Assembly (NCBI GenBank): GCA_963713045.1
Contig: CAVQKE010000006.1
Location: 320,001-384,000, forward strand
Source: an uncultured delta proteobacterium
GTDB taxonomy: Bacteria; Myxococcota; Myxococcia; Myxococcales; Myxococcaceae
Direction: 5' to 3'
DNA: 64,000 nt
Part shown: piece by piece, positions 9,603 through 20,080 of the stretch
Layout of the letters: every line of letters begins with the position of its first letter
Position numbering within the stretch: the stretch's first letter is position 1
Position numbers and translations under genes: made by a program
Notes under the pieces: model-generated
What the model saw: only the letters and a program-made list of their open reading frames with translations
Told to the model about the DNA's origin: nothing
The model's database searches: none

Positions 9603-10333
9603 CTACCCCAGCAGCCCCTCGCTGTGGCGCAGCACCGCCAGGGCGGCCAGCGCTGCCGTCTCGGTGCGCAGCACCAGCGGCCCCAGGGAAACGGCCACTG
9701 CGCCCAGGGCCTGCAGCGCCTCCACCTCGGCGCGCGCCAGCCCTCCCTCCGGCCCGACGACGAGGGCCAGCGGCGCAGCGGCATCTGCTGCGGCGCCGTC
9801 CGTCAGGCGCGTGCCGGTCTCCGCCTCATCCAGCACCAGCACGGCCGTCGTTGGGGGCAGGGCGTTCACCGCCACGCCCAACGGCTGCACCGGGAAGACG
9901 TGCGGCACTTCCGCGCGCCCGCGCACTGCCGGGCCGCCTCCTCGACAATGCGCTGCCAACGCGTGCGGCGGGCTTCGGCCGCGGCTGGGCCCAGCCGCAT
10001 CACGGTGCGTTCCGACAGGGCCGGGTAGAAGGCGTGCGCGCCCAATTCCGTTCCCTTTTGCAGGATGAATTCCAGCTTGTCGGCCTTGGGCAGCGCTTGG
10101 ACGAGAGAGATGGGCCGTTCCACCCTTGCCGTCCGTCCTGGGCCGAGGCGCAGAAGCGCGTGCGTGTCGTCCACCTGCAGCACCTCCGCCGGCCAGGTGC
10201 GGCCTTTTCCGTCGAAGACTTCCAGCATTTCCCCAGGGGAAAGGCGCAGCACGCGCAGGTGGTGGAAGGCGTCGCCGTCCACCCGCAGCGCCTCCCCGCC
10301 ATCCCGCGCGTGCGGAAGCAACAGCCGGTGCAT
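9603..10333 (-). CDS. rsmE: 16S rRNA m3U1498 methyltransferase RsmE; 2-nt frameshift near 9922 (probably a sequence error)
   Basis: [14 protein letters not shown] and EAARQC lie in one frame; GRAEVP, VGPEGG and LRTETA in another. Directly downstream of prmA. Confidence 0.9.
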
Positions 10334-10334
10334 G

Positions 10335-11195
10335 TCAGCGGCCCCAGCCGAAGTGAAGGCGCGCCCAGTCGCCTTGGTAGGCCACCCCGGCCGGGCGGAG
10401 GCCCTGGGCGGTAAACGCCGCGGCGACTTCCTCCACCTGCGCCCGAAGGACGCCGGCCAGCACCAACAGCCCCCGTGTGTGGGCGGCCAAGGACGGCGCC
10501 AGCCCGACCAGGGTGTTGGCCAAAATGTTGGCCAGCACCAAGTCGAAGCGTCCCTCCACCTGGGCCAGGGGACACAAGGAAAGCTGGACGCCCTGCACGC
10601 CGTTGGCCGCCGCATTTTCCTGGGCCAGCGACACCGAAATGCTGTCGGTGTCCACGCCCACCACCTGGGCCGCCCCCAGCTTGCGCGCCGCCAGCGCCAG
10701 GACGCCGGTGCCGGTGCCGACGTCCAAGACGGTGGCCCCGGGGTGGGCATCCAGGTAGCTGTCCAGCGCTTGCAGGCACAGCCGGGTGGTGGGGTGGTCC
10801 CCCGTCCCGAAGGCCATCTTCGGTTCGATGTGGAGGGCCACCGCGTCCGCGGGCGCCGTCTCCCACGGCGGGCCGACCCACAGCCGGCCCACCCGGGTGG
10901 ACGCAATGCGCTGGCGCCAGGCGACACTCCAGTCGACGTCCGGACAGGCTTCCAAACAGCAGCGCGCCGCTTGGACGCCCTCCGCCAACAGCGCCTGTGC
11001 CGCTTCGGCCTCGGCCTTTCCGACAAAGCCGGCGATGAGGATGGCTTCACCCGGGGCCGGCCCGCGCACCCCGGGCATGGCCGGGGCCTCCGCGTCGCGC
11101 ACTTCCAGCCCGCTGCAGCCGGCGTCCCACAACAGCGAAGCGGCGAGCTCGGCCTGCATGTCCGGGACGTCCACGGTGAGGGCGAAGTGGGCCAT
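10335..11195 (-). CDS. prmA: Ribosomal protein L11 methyltransferase PrmA
   Basis: IEPKMAFGTGDHPTTRLC, VLDVGTGTGVL and FDLVLANIL motifs. Confidence 0.92.
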   Translation of the reverse strand: MAHFALTVDVPDMQAELAASLLWDAGCSGLEVRDAEAPAMPGVRGPAPGEAILIAGFVGKAEAEAAQALLAEGVQAARCCLEACPDVDWSVAWRQRIASTRVGRLWVGPPWETAPADAVALHIEPKMAFGTGDHPTTRLCLQALDSYLDAHPGATVLDVGTGTGVLALAARKLGAAQVVGVDTDSISVSLAQENAAANGVQGVQLSLCPLAQVEGRFDLVLANILANTLVGLAPSLAAHTRGLLVLAGVLRAQVEEVAAAFTAQGLRPAGVAYQGDWARLHFGWGR

Positions 11196-11260
11196 GGCAA
11201 CGCATGGGTGCCCCCCCAAGCCAGCGGCCCCGGGGGGCCGTGCGGCTGTGCAAGGGCGGG

Positions 11261-11551
11261 TTAGTCCTCCAAGGGCGCGTACAGCTCGGGCGCCCGGTTT
11301 TCAATAATCCGGAAGAGGCCCCGCTGGACCAATTCGTCAAAGTGGAGGCTTTGCCGGTGGGCGTCCAGCGCCGCAGCGTCGTCATACACTTCATACAGGA
11401 AGAAGCGCCGCGGCTCGGCCAGGCTGCGGTGGGCCTGGTACATGCGGCAGCCGGGCTCGGCCCGCGTGGCGCGGGTCAGCTTTTGGAAAAGCTCCACCGC
11501 CTCGGCTTCGCGGTTGGGCAAAACCAAATACGTCACGGCGAGGCACAGCAT
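11261..11551 (-). CDS. Antibiotic biosynthesis monooxygenase (putative quinol monooxygenase) family protein
   Basis: TRAEPGCRMY, FFLYEVY and AHRQSLHF pattern in a ~96 aa protein with a GAGG RBS. Confidence 0.8.
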   Translation of the reverse strand: MLCLAVTYLVLPNREAEAVELFQKLTRATRAEPGCRMYQAHRSLAEPRRFFLYEVYDDAAALDAHRQSLHFDELVQRGLFRIIENRAPELYAPLED

Positions 11552-11562
11552 GTCCGCCCTCC

Positions 11563-11912
11563 TCACAACAGCCGGGAGACGAAGCGCCGGTTGCGCGCCA
11601 CCAGCCAGTAGCCCACCTCCACGCCCCACACCAGCGGAGGGACGGCCAAGGCCCTGGCGGCAAGGGGATGGCCCAGCTGGCCGAGGATGTAGAGGACGGC
11701 CCGCCCGGCGCGCAGCACCTGGCCTTCGGGGTGACGACGTGCACCGCCTGCGCGCAGGCGGCGCGCAAGGCGGGCCCCACCGGCGGGGACGGCGCGTCTT
11801 GGTAGGGGACAGCGCGGAAGGCGCCGGCCGTGTCCCGCTTTTGCACCCAGGCCACCGCGCGCCGGCAGACGCCGCACTCCCCGTCCCACAACACCAGCGC
11901 CGGTGACGTCAG
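11563..11912 (-). CDS. DCC1-like thiol-disulfide oxidoreductase (DUF393); 1-nt frameshift near 11729
   Basis: LWDGECGVC (DxxCxxC) at the N-terminus and YWLVARNR at the C-terminus, in different frames that join at a C-run. Start is uncertain. Confidence 0.75.
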
Positions 11913-14495
11913 GGGCCCACCTCTGCCAGCGCGGAGTGCTCCAACCGCAGCAGTCGGTCCGCCACCCGCTGGACGTCCGCCGCGGTGACGGCCCGCACGC
12001 TGTCTGCGAAGTGCAGAAAGTTTTGAAGGCCCAGGCCGCAGGCATGGTCCAAGGCCAGCAGCGCAGCGCGGGAGGAATTTCGCTGCAGCCCAATTTCGTG
12101 GCTGCCGATGAGGTGGGCCTGCGCCCGCTCCAACTCCGCCTGGGTAATGGGCGTCTCCACCACCCGGCGCAGCTCGGCCTCAATTCCGGCCAGGGCCGCG
12201 TCACGCTTGTCCGGGCTGGTGCCGATGTAGACGGCGATGTAGCCCGGGTCCACGCCCTCCACCGCCATGCAGGCCACCGAATAGGCCATGCTGCGCTTGT
12301 CCCGCAATTCGACGAAAAGCCGGCCGCCCTGTCCGGACAGCACGGTGGTCAGGACGTTGAGGGGGTGCTTGTCCTCTTCCTTCACCCGCAGCCCTTGAAA
12401 GCCGAGCACCAGGTTGGACTGGGCCTTGGCCAGCGTGCGCTGGGCGTAGCGCCTCGCCTCCGGGGGCGGTTCCACCGGCACCACCAGGGGCTGCGCTGCC
12501 GGCCGCGCTGCCCCAAAGGCCGCCTCGGCCAGGCGCAGCACCTGGTCGGTCCGCACATCTCCAATGACGGCCAGGGTGAGGGCGCCCGGGTGCAGGAAGC
12601 GCGCGTGGTAAGCGCGCGCGCTGTCTGCGTCCAGCCCTTCCACGCTGGCGCGTTCCCCGGACAGGGGAAGCCGGTAGGGGTGGCGCAGGTACAGCGTCCG
12701 GGCGAAGACGTCGAAGGCGAGGGACGTGGGCCGGTCCTCGCGCGCGACAATGTCCTGCAGCTGCAGTTGCTTCTCCCGCGCCACCTCCTCCTCGGCAAAG
12801 GCCGGGGACAACAGGCAGTCCGCGAAAAGGTGGAAGGCCGCCTCCAGGTGGCGGCTTAAAAACTCCCCCTGCAACGACAGGGTGTTGCGGCCCGCCGCCG
12901 CGGACAGCGTCCCGGAATAGGAATCGGCTTCTTGGGCCACCTCCTCGGCGGTGCGGTGCTGGGTGCCCTTGGTGAGGGTCCGGGCCACCAGGTGGCTGAG
13001 GCCGTTGTCGGCGTCCGTCTCCGCGCGCGTCCCGGCGAGGAAGGCGGCCCGCAGGGCAACCAGTGGCACCGCGCGCTCCTCACGCACCAGGAGGGTGGCG
13101 CCACCGGGCAGCGTGTGGACGAGGACGTCGGACACCTCGCCGCCGCCGGTGCGGACCGGCGGCGCCCCTTTGGGAATGGGCGGCCGGGTGGTGGGCGTCG
13201 CACGCGGGGCGTGCCAGCCGGAGAGGAGGGCCTGGTAGGCGGGGCCCTCCTCCAGGTGTCCCCCTGGGGGGAGGAGGGCCGTCACCACCACCGTCGCTTC
13301 GTCCAGGGTGCGCTGGCCGACCGCCTGCAGCGCTGGGGGGGTGAGGGCGGCCACCTTCTCCAGGTAGCGCGCTTCGGCCTCGAAGCCCCCGAGGGACGTT
13401 TCGTAGAAGCCCAGCTTGCGCGCCAGGCCTTGCACCGTCTCCCGCTGGTAGACGGCGTCACTTTCCACCAGGGCCTTCAACGTTTGCAGTTCGCCCGGGC
13501 TGCACGGCGTTTGCGCCAGGCCGGACAGCACTTCGGCCGTGGCCTTCAGTGCCTGCGGCGTGTGGGGGCCGGTGGCCGTGAAGCCCACGCCGAAGAGGCC
13601 TGGGTCCAGCGGGCGTGTAGGCATAGGCGGAGATGTCATTCACCAACCGCCGCTCCCGCTTCACCGCACGCTGCAGCCGGCTGTTGTCGCCCTGCCCGGC
13701 CAGCATGGCCAGGACGTCCAAGGCCGGCACGTCTTCGTGGTCCACTGCCGGTGCGGCGAAGGACAGGTGAAGGTGGGCTTCTTTGACGTCGTCGTCGCGC
13801 AGTCGCCAGCGCCGGCCGGTGCGCGGCGGCTCCACCGGGCGGCTGCGGGGCGTGGCGTGCACGCGTCCCCAGTCCCCGCCGAGAAGGGCCTCCGCCCAAC
13901 GGAGGAGGGGCCCTTCTTCGACGTCTCCCACCGCCACCAGCACCATCGACTCCGGCAGGTAGTGCCGGCGGTAGAAGTCGTGAATTTTCTCCCGGGTGAC
14001 GCTGCGGACGCTTTCCTGGGTGCCCAGCACCGGCAGCCGGTAGGGGTGGACGAGGAAGCTTTCGGCAAACAAGTCCCGCGAGGCGCGCCGGGACGGGGTG
14101 TCCTCAGCGCGCTTAATTTCCTCCACCACCACCTCCACCTCGCGGGCCAATTCCTGGGGGTTGAAGGCCGGGGCGCGCACCGCGTCGGCCAGGACTTCCA
14201 GTCCCACCTGGGCGAAGTCCGACGCCATCACCACGTGGTAGACGGTGTGGTCGAAGGACGTCCATGCGTTGACTTCCCCGCCGTGGGCTTCGATGTCGCG
14301 GGCGACCTCCCCGGGGCCCCGCTTGGCGGTGCCCTTAAACAGCATGTGTTCATGCAGGTGGGCCAGGCCGGCCTCGGCCTCGGCTTCGTCCGCGCTGCCG
14401 ACCTGCACCCAAATTTGAAAGGCCACCACCCTGGCGGTGTGCAGCGCTTCATGGACGATGGTGAGGCCGTTTGTCAGTCGATGGCGGGCGGGCAT
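11909..14495 (-). CDS. M16 family zinc metallopeptidase (two-domain, ~860 aa); +1 frameshift near 13612
   Basis: GLAHLHEHMLFKGT (HxxEH) and NAWTSFDHTVY in the first half; RLFVELRDKRSMAY in the second. The frames join as YTPLDPG. Confidence 0.88.
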
Positions 14496-14524
14496 GGGCA
14501 GGGGGTAGTCTCTAACAGCAAACA

Positions 14525-16877
14525 ATGGCTAGCTCGCCGGAAGACGCGGGGGCGACAGCGGACCTCCGGTTGCTGGACGATGAACCGCTCGTCCAGCGCC
14601 CGGCAGGGCGTGCGCCGTCGGCGCCGGCCGGGGCCGGCCACGGCCCCCAGCCGGCGGCCTCCGCCCTCCCGGCGGCCCCTCCCCCCTTGCCCCGCGGGCG
14701 GCCCACCGGACGGACCGCCCCGACGGGTGGGCTGCCCACGGTGGGCCCGGCGGCCCTGCACCCAGCCGCCCAGGTGCCGGCGGCGCTGCCGCGCCCGGCC
14801 GGCGACCCCTTTGCCGAGCCGCCGGAGCCCCGCCACTCCCGCGGGCGTGGCGATGGACGAGAAGCTGGAGTTTTTCCGCACCGTCCTGAAGCAGAAGGAG
14901 GAGACGCTGGGGCGCGCCCGCGCCCTGTACGAAACGCGGGACCTCGAATCCGCGCGGCTGCGCGAAGTGGCCCTGGCCCTGTACGCCCAGGCCGAGGAAG
15001 TGCTTCCCGTCTACGGCCGGCTGCGCGAGTTGCCGGCCCAGATGGAAAGCCTGCAGGCTGCCCTGGAAGCGGAAAGGACACGTGCCGCGGGTGTCGAGGC
15101 GCAGGCCGCCCAGCTGGACGCCTCGCTGCGCACCACCGACGCCGACCGGCGGGACTTGGCCCGCGCGCTGGCCGAAGTGGAGGCGGAGTTGCCGGGGCTG
15201 CGGGCGGGCCTCGACGAGGAACGCCAGTCCCGCGGCGCCTTGGCCGAAGAAGTCGTCTCGCTGCGGGAGTCCCTGGCGGAAGCCGAGGCCCGGTTGGCCG
15301 AGGCCCGTTCAGAGCGCCAGGAGATGCAAGGCGACCTCGGGGCGGCCAACGGCCGGGCGCACAGCCTCGAGCAGACGCTGGAGAAAGTGGAGACGGAACA
15401 GAAGTCAGCTCCTCGAGGAGGTGACGACGCTGACCGCCGAGCGCGACGCCGCCTCGGCCGAGCGCGACGTCCTGAAGGGCGAATGCGACGCCTTCAGTAA
15501 CCAGGTGCGCCACCTTTCCACGTCCCTGGACGAGGCGAAGCAGCGTCTGGAAAGCCTTCAGGGCGAGCAGGCCTGGGGAACGTCGTCCCTGGAGGAGGCC
15601 CGCGGGCGCATTCGGGACTTGGAGGCGGACCTGCAAGGGACGCGGCAGCAGCTGGCGGAGTTGGAGACACAGGCCCAGGCGCTGGCCGCGCAAGGCAGCG
15701 AGGACTTGGCGCGGGCGCGGGACAAAGCGCGGGAGACGACGGCTGCGCTGGAGGCGGCCAACCGCCGCAGCAGCGAGGCCGAGGACAGGGCCGAGACGGC
15801 GGCCCAGCAGGCCGAGGCGCTGTCGGCGCAGGTGGAGCAGCTGCGCGCGGTGCAGGGGCGGCAGGAAGCGCACGCCCAAGGACAGCTGCAGGCGGTGCTG
15901 GAGCGCGAGGCCGAGACGAAGCGGACGCTGGAGGCCAAGCTGGCGGAGCGCCACAAGGAAGTCCACGCCGCCCGCTCCAGCGTGGAAGGCTATGGAGAGA
16001 AAGTCCGCGCGCTGCAGGCCCAGGTGCAGTCCGAGGCAGAACGACGCGCCCAGTCCGACGCCCGGCTGGCCGAGGCCCAGCGCGAGTTGGCCGGCATGCG
16101 GGGCTCCTCGGATGAGCAGAGCGGCCTGGTGGAGGCGCATCGGGCGCAAAGCGAGAAGCTGGAGCGGGCACTCGCCCTAGGAGCGCGACAAGCGGCTGGC
16201 GTCGGAGCAAAAGTCCGTCGCCCTCAGCCGAGAGCTTCAGGCGGCGAAGACGGCCGAAGCCGATGCCCGCGCCGCGCTGGAGGCGGGCGGCGACCACGCC
16301 GGCACGCTGGACGAGGCGCTGAAGAAGGAGCAGTCCCGACGGCTGACGGCCGAGGCGGAGGTGCGCAGCCGCACCACCCAGGCCGAACTTGCGCAAAGGG
16401 CCGAGAAGGAGGCGCGCGGCCAGGCCGAGAAGCTGCAGCAGCAGCTGGCCCAAGAAGCGGACAAAGTGCGGGCCTTGCGCGAACAGGCCTCCCGCGCGGC
16501 CGGGGCCAGCGGCACCGCCGACGCCCAGGCGCAGCGGCTTCAGGAGGAAGTGCGAGCGCTTGCGGGCGGAGGCGGCCAGCCTGAAGAAAGTCCGCGAGGA
16601 ATTGCTGACCGCCAACCGAAAAGCCATTGAAGCCCAGGCCGCCTTCCAGAAGGAGAAGCGCGAGCGGGAGGCGCTGCAGGAAAGGGTGTCGGACTTGGAA
16701 ATGGACCTCTCCCGCGCTGCCGGCAAGCCGCAGGGCACGGACGAAGTGAAGAAGCTGCGCGAGGACGTCGCCAAGCTGAAGGCCAAGCTGGTGGCGGCCG
16801 AAAATGCGATGGAGGCGGCGGCCATGCTGCGCTCCAAAGTGGCGCGGCTGGAGGCGCAGCTGAAGGGCAAGCATTAA
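14525..16877 (+). CDS. Large coiled-coil protein with Pro-rich N-terminus, split by four +1 frameshifts (~14830, ~15399, ~16177, ~16549)
   Basis: Continuous E/A/R/L/Q heptad-rich translation when frames are switched at these points. Alternative start ATG 14853 (MDEKLEFF). Confidence 0.7.
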
Positions 16878-16906
16878 GAAGGGCCGCTTGGAGGGCTTGG
16901 CCAGAG

Positions 16907-18118
16907 GTGCGCGCGCCGGAGGACGCAGTGGCCGACGGCTTCACCGGCCTGTCCGCCGCCCGGCGTGGGCTGTACGTGCACTTTCCCTGGTGCCTGGCCA
17001 AGTGCCCCTACTGCGACTTCGCGGTGGCGGTCGCCAAGTCCATTCCCGAGGCGCGCTACACCCAAGGGCTGCTGGCCGAGTTGGCGCTGCGGCTACAGGC
17101 GCAGCCCGCCTGGAAAGCGCGTCCCTTGGATTCGCTGTACCTGGGCGGGGGCACGCCGTCCTTGTGGGCGCCGGCCCTGGTGGCGCAGCTGCTTTTAGGC
17201 ATCCGGGCCCAGCTGGCGGTGCGGCCTGAGGCTGAGATGACGCTGGAGGCGAACCCCGAAGTGGCCGACGTCGGCCGGCTGGCCGCTTACCGCGCCGCGG
17301 GCATCAACCGGCTTTCCTTGGGGGTGCAGTCCTTCCAAGAAGGCACCTTAAAAACACTGGGCCGGGCCCACCGTCCCGAGGAAGCGCGCAGGGCGGTGGC
17401 GGCGGCCCGCGCCGCCGGCTTCACCAACGTGTCGCTGGACGTCATTCTGGGGGTGCAGGGCCAGTCGCTGGCCTCCGCGGTGCGGGATGCCGAGGAGGCC
17501 GTGGCGCTTGGCCCCCAGCACGTCTCGGCCTACGTGCTGACCGTCGAGCGGGAGGCCCTGGCGGCGGAGACGGTGTTTTCCAGGGGCGTGCGGACAGGAC
17601 GGCTTCAGCTGCCTGAGGACGACGCGGTGGCCGACATGGTGGAAGCGGTGACGGACGTCTTCGCCGCGGCCGGGCTAGAGCGCTATGAAGTTTCCAACTA
17701 CGCCCTTCCGGGAAGGCACGCGCGCCACAACGCCCTGTATTGGACGGGGGGCGAGTGCCTCGCCCTGGGGGTGGGCGCCACCGGCCTTCTCCACACGGCC
17801 AGCGGCGCCGTCCGGACGGCTTCCCACCGAAGCCCGCGCCGCTGGTTTGAAGCCGTCGAAGCAGCTTCCCTGCCGGAGGCAGAAGGCGAGACGTTGGGGC
17901 AGAAGGAATTCTTCTTGGAAAGGCTGCTGCTGGGCTTGCGCCTGACCTCGGGCTTGGACGTCGAAAAGCTGGCGAAGGCGTTTGGGCAGCCGCCGCGCGG
18001 CCAGCGCCTTCAGGCCCTGGTGGCGCAAGGCCTGGCGGAGTGGACGCCCGCCGGCCGCTTCCGCCTCAGTCGGCGGGGACTGCTGCTGCATTCCAGTGTG
18101 TGCGCGCGCCTTTTGTAG
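16907..18118 (+). CDS. hemW: Radical SAM heme chaperone HemW (HemN-like)
   Basis: LYVHFPWCLAKCPYCDF, GGGTPS, YEVSNYA and HNALYW (HNxxYW is typical of HemW). Confidence 0.88.
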   Translation: MRAPEDAVADGFTGLSAARRGLYVHFPWCLAKCPYCDFAVAVAKSIPEARYTQGLLAELALRLQAQPAWKARPLDSLYLGGGTPSLWAPALVAQLLLGIRAQLAVRPEAEMTLEANPEVADVGRLAAYRAAGINRLSLGVQSFQEGTLKTLGRAHRPEEARRAVAAARAAGFTNVSLDVILGVQGQSLASAVRDAEEAVALGPQHVSAYVLTVEREALAAETVFSRGVRTGRLQLPEDDAVADMVEAVTDVFAAAGLERYEVSNYALPGRHARHNALYWTGGECLALGVGATGLLHTASGAVRTASHRSPRRWFEAVEAASLPEAEGETLGQKEFFLERLLLGLRLTSGLDVEKLAKAFGQPPRGQRLQALVAQGLAEWTPAGRFRLSRRGLLLHSSVCARLL

Positions 18119-18290
18119 TGCCCAAGAAGGCTGCGGAGGATGGGTCCCCCCCCGGCGGCTTTTCGTTGGACTGCCTCCGGCGGCCCGTGTAACGGGGGCC
18201 AAGGCGCGAGTGTTGTCCCGTCGGCCCGAGCGGCGGCTTCAGCCCCCCGCTGGCCGGCAGCCCCTTCCAAGAAGACAGGGAGACTTGAAA

Positions 18291-19343
18291 ATGGCTTCCT
18301 TGCTGCTGAAGGCCCGCTCTCTCGCCGTCGGCTGTCTTCTGGCCTGCGCCACCGCGGCGGCGCAAGTCCCGGCCGCAGTGCCGGCGCCGGCTGACCCGCT
18401 TCCGTCTTGGAACGACGGGGCGGCGAAGAAGGCCATTGTCGACTTTGTCCAGGCCACCACCGACAAGGCGAGTGCCAAGTTTGTGGCGCCGGAGGCGCGC
18501 CTGGCCACCTTCGACCAGGACGGGACGCTGTGGGTGGAGCACCCGTTGTACACGCAGCTGATGTACTGCCTACAGAAGGTGCCGGCACTGGTGGCGAAGA
18601 AGCCGCAACTGAAAAGTGCCGAGCCCTATAAGACGGTGCTTTCCGGCCTCGCTGGCAACCACGCGGCCTTCGAAAAGCTGACGCTGAAGGACTTGGAAGT
18701 CATCGCCGCCGCCACCCTCGGCGGGATGACGGTGGACAGCTTCCAGGCCGAGGTGACGCAGTGGATGGCCTCGGCCAAGGACGGGCGCTGGAAGCGCCCC
18801 TACACCGAATTGACCTTCCAGCCGATGCTGGAAGTGCTGCGCTACCTGCGGGCGAACGGCTACCGGACGTACATTGTGACAGGCGGCGGCCAGGACTTCG
18901 TGCGCGTCTACGCCGAGGGGGTGTACGGCATTCCCCCGGAACAGGTGGTGGGGACGGTGGGCGCCACCCGCTATGGCTATGCCAAGGACGGAAGGCCCCA
19001 GCTCACCAAAGAAGCGAAGATGGTGCTGAACGACAATGGGCCCGGAAAGCCCGAGGGCATCCACATGTTGATTGGACGGCGGCCCACCGCCGCCTTCGGC
19101 AATTCGACCGGCGACCAGCAGATGCTGGAATACACCGGCGCCGGCGACGGTGCGCGCCTGGAAATGCTGGTGCTGCACGACGACGCACAACGGGAGTACG
19201 CCTACGGCCCGGCGCGGGGGCTGCCGGCGACGAAGGTGGGCACCTTCACCCAAGCGCTGGACGACGAGGCGAAGCAGAAGGGCTGGACCGTCATCAGCAT
19301 GAAGAAGGACTGGAAGCGGATTTTTGCCTTTGACCAGCCCTAA
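18291..19343 (+). CDS. Secreted HAD-superfamily hydrolase (acid phosphatase-like)
   Basis: Signal peptide; LPSWNDG, FDQDGTLWVE, YIVTGGG, AFGNSTGDQQML and ISMKKDW motifs. Confidence 0.85.
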   Translation: MASLLLKARSLAVGCLLACATAAAQVPAAVPAPADPLPSWNDGAAKKAIVDFVQATTDKASAKFVAPEARLATFDQDGTLWVEHPLYTQLMYCLQKVPALVAKKPQLKSAEPYKTVLSGLAGNHAAFEKLTLKDLEVIAAATLGGMTVDSFQAEVTQWMASAKDGRWKRPYTELTFQPMLEVLRYLRANGYRTYIVTGGGQDFVRVYAEGVYGIPPEQVVGTVGATRYGYAKDGRPQLTKEAKMVLNDNGPGKPEGIHMLIGRRPTAAFGNSTGDQQMLEYTGAGDGARLEMLVLHDDAQREYAYGPARGLPATKVGTFTQALDDEAKQKGWTVISMKKDWKRIFAFDQP

Positions 19344-19810
19344 GGCGCCCTTGGGTCCGGCATGAAGCAGTCGGCTGCAATGCGCCAGCGGCCCCCGCCG
19401 CCCAGCCGCCAGACGGCGAGGTAGCGTCCGGTGGACACCGCCGGTGGGGCTTCCCCGGTTTGCGTCTGGGTCCGGCTGGTCCCCACTTCGTAGGCCAAGT
19501 CTCCACTGACGCTGACTTCGCTGGTGGTGAGCTCGGCTTCCAGGAAGCGGGTGGTGGCCAACCGCTGGCGCCAGTAGTCGGCAATCGCCAAGTGGCCGCG
19601 GATGGTGCCCGGCCGGGTGGCGTCCAGCAGCGTGGCGTCGTCGGCGAAGACGGTGGCGATGCGGTCCGCGTTCCCCACCTCCACCGCGGCAACCAACAGC
19701 CGGTTGCCTTCGGCAATGGCGCCGCGGGCCTCGGCGCTGCCGGGCGAAGCGCTGGGGGTGGCACAGCCCACCGCACAGACTGCCAGAAGGCCAAGGCAAC
19801 AAAGGTTCAA
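19340..19810 (-). CDS. SnoaL/NTF2-like (DUF4440) lipoprotein
   Basis: Lipobox-like AVGC; SGDLAYEVG and GRYLAVWR..GRWRI motifs. Confidence 0.75.
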   Translation of the reverse strand: MNLCCLGLLAVCAVGCATPSASPGSAEARGAIAEGNRLLVAAVEVGNADRIATVFADDATLLDATRPGTIRGHLAIADYWRQRLATTRFLEAELTTSEVSVSGDLAYEVGTSRTQTQTGEAPPAVSTGRYLAVWRLGGGGRWRIAADCFMPDPRAP

Positions 19811-20080
19811 GTGTCACCCATCCCCAAAAGAAGAAAGGGCGTCCACCCTAGCAAGTCGCAGTGGACGGGCGACGCCTTGGGAGAATTCGGAAAGACGGCA
19901 GCCCAGCAGCGCGCTGCAGGCCCCCCCGGGGCCGGCGGCGCCGTCACCCCTGTCCCTCCAGCACCAAGCGAAGACGTCTTGCCGGACAAAGCGCACCGCC
20001 TCCTCCAGCGGCACACACCGGCGCCAGGAAGCCTTCCAAGCCTTGGGCACGAAGTCGTCCATACAATGCCGCTCTCCCGA

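Noticed and set aside
9866..11200. 444-aa ORF that seems to extend rsmE upstream
   Set aside because: The upstream part is an alternative frame of prmA; rsmE starts at 10333.
19814..20062. Small minus-strand ORF (MDDFVPKAWK...) between the NTF2-like gene and the histidine kinase
   Set aside because: No clear RBS or recognisable motif, and it overlaps the expected promoter region.
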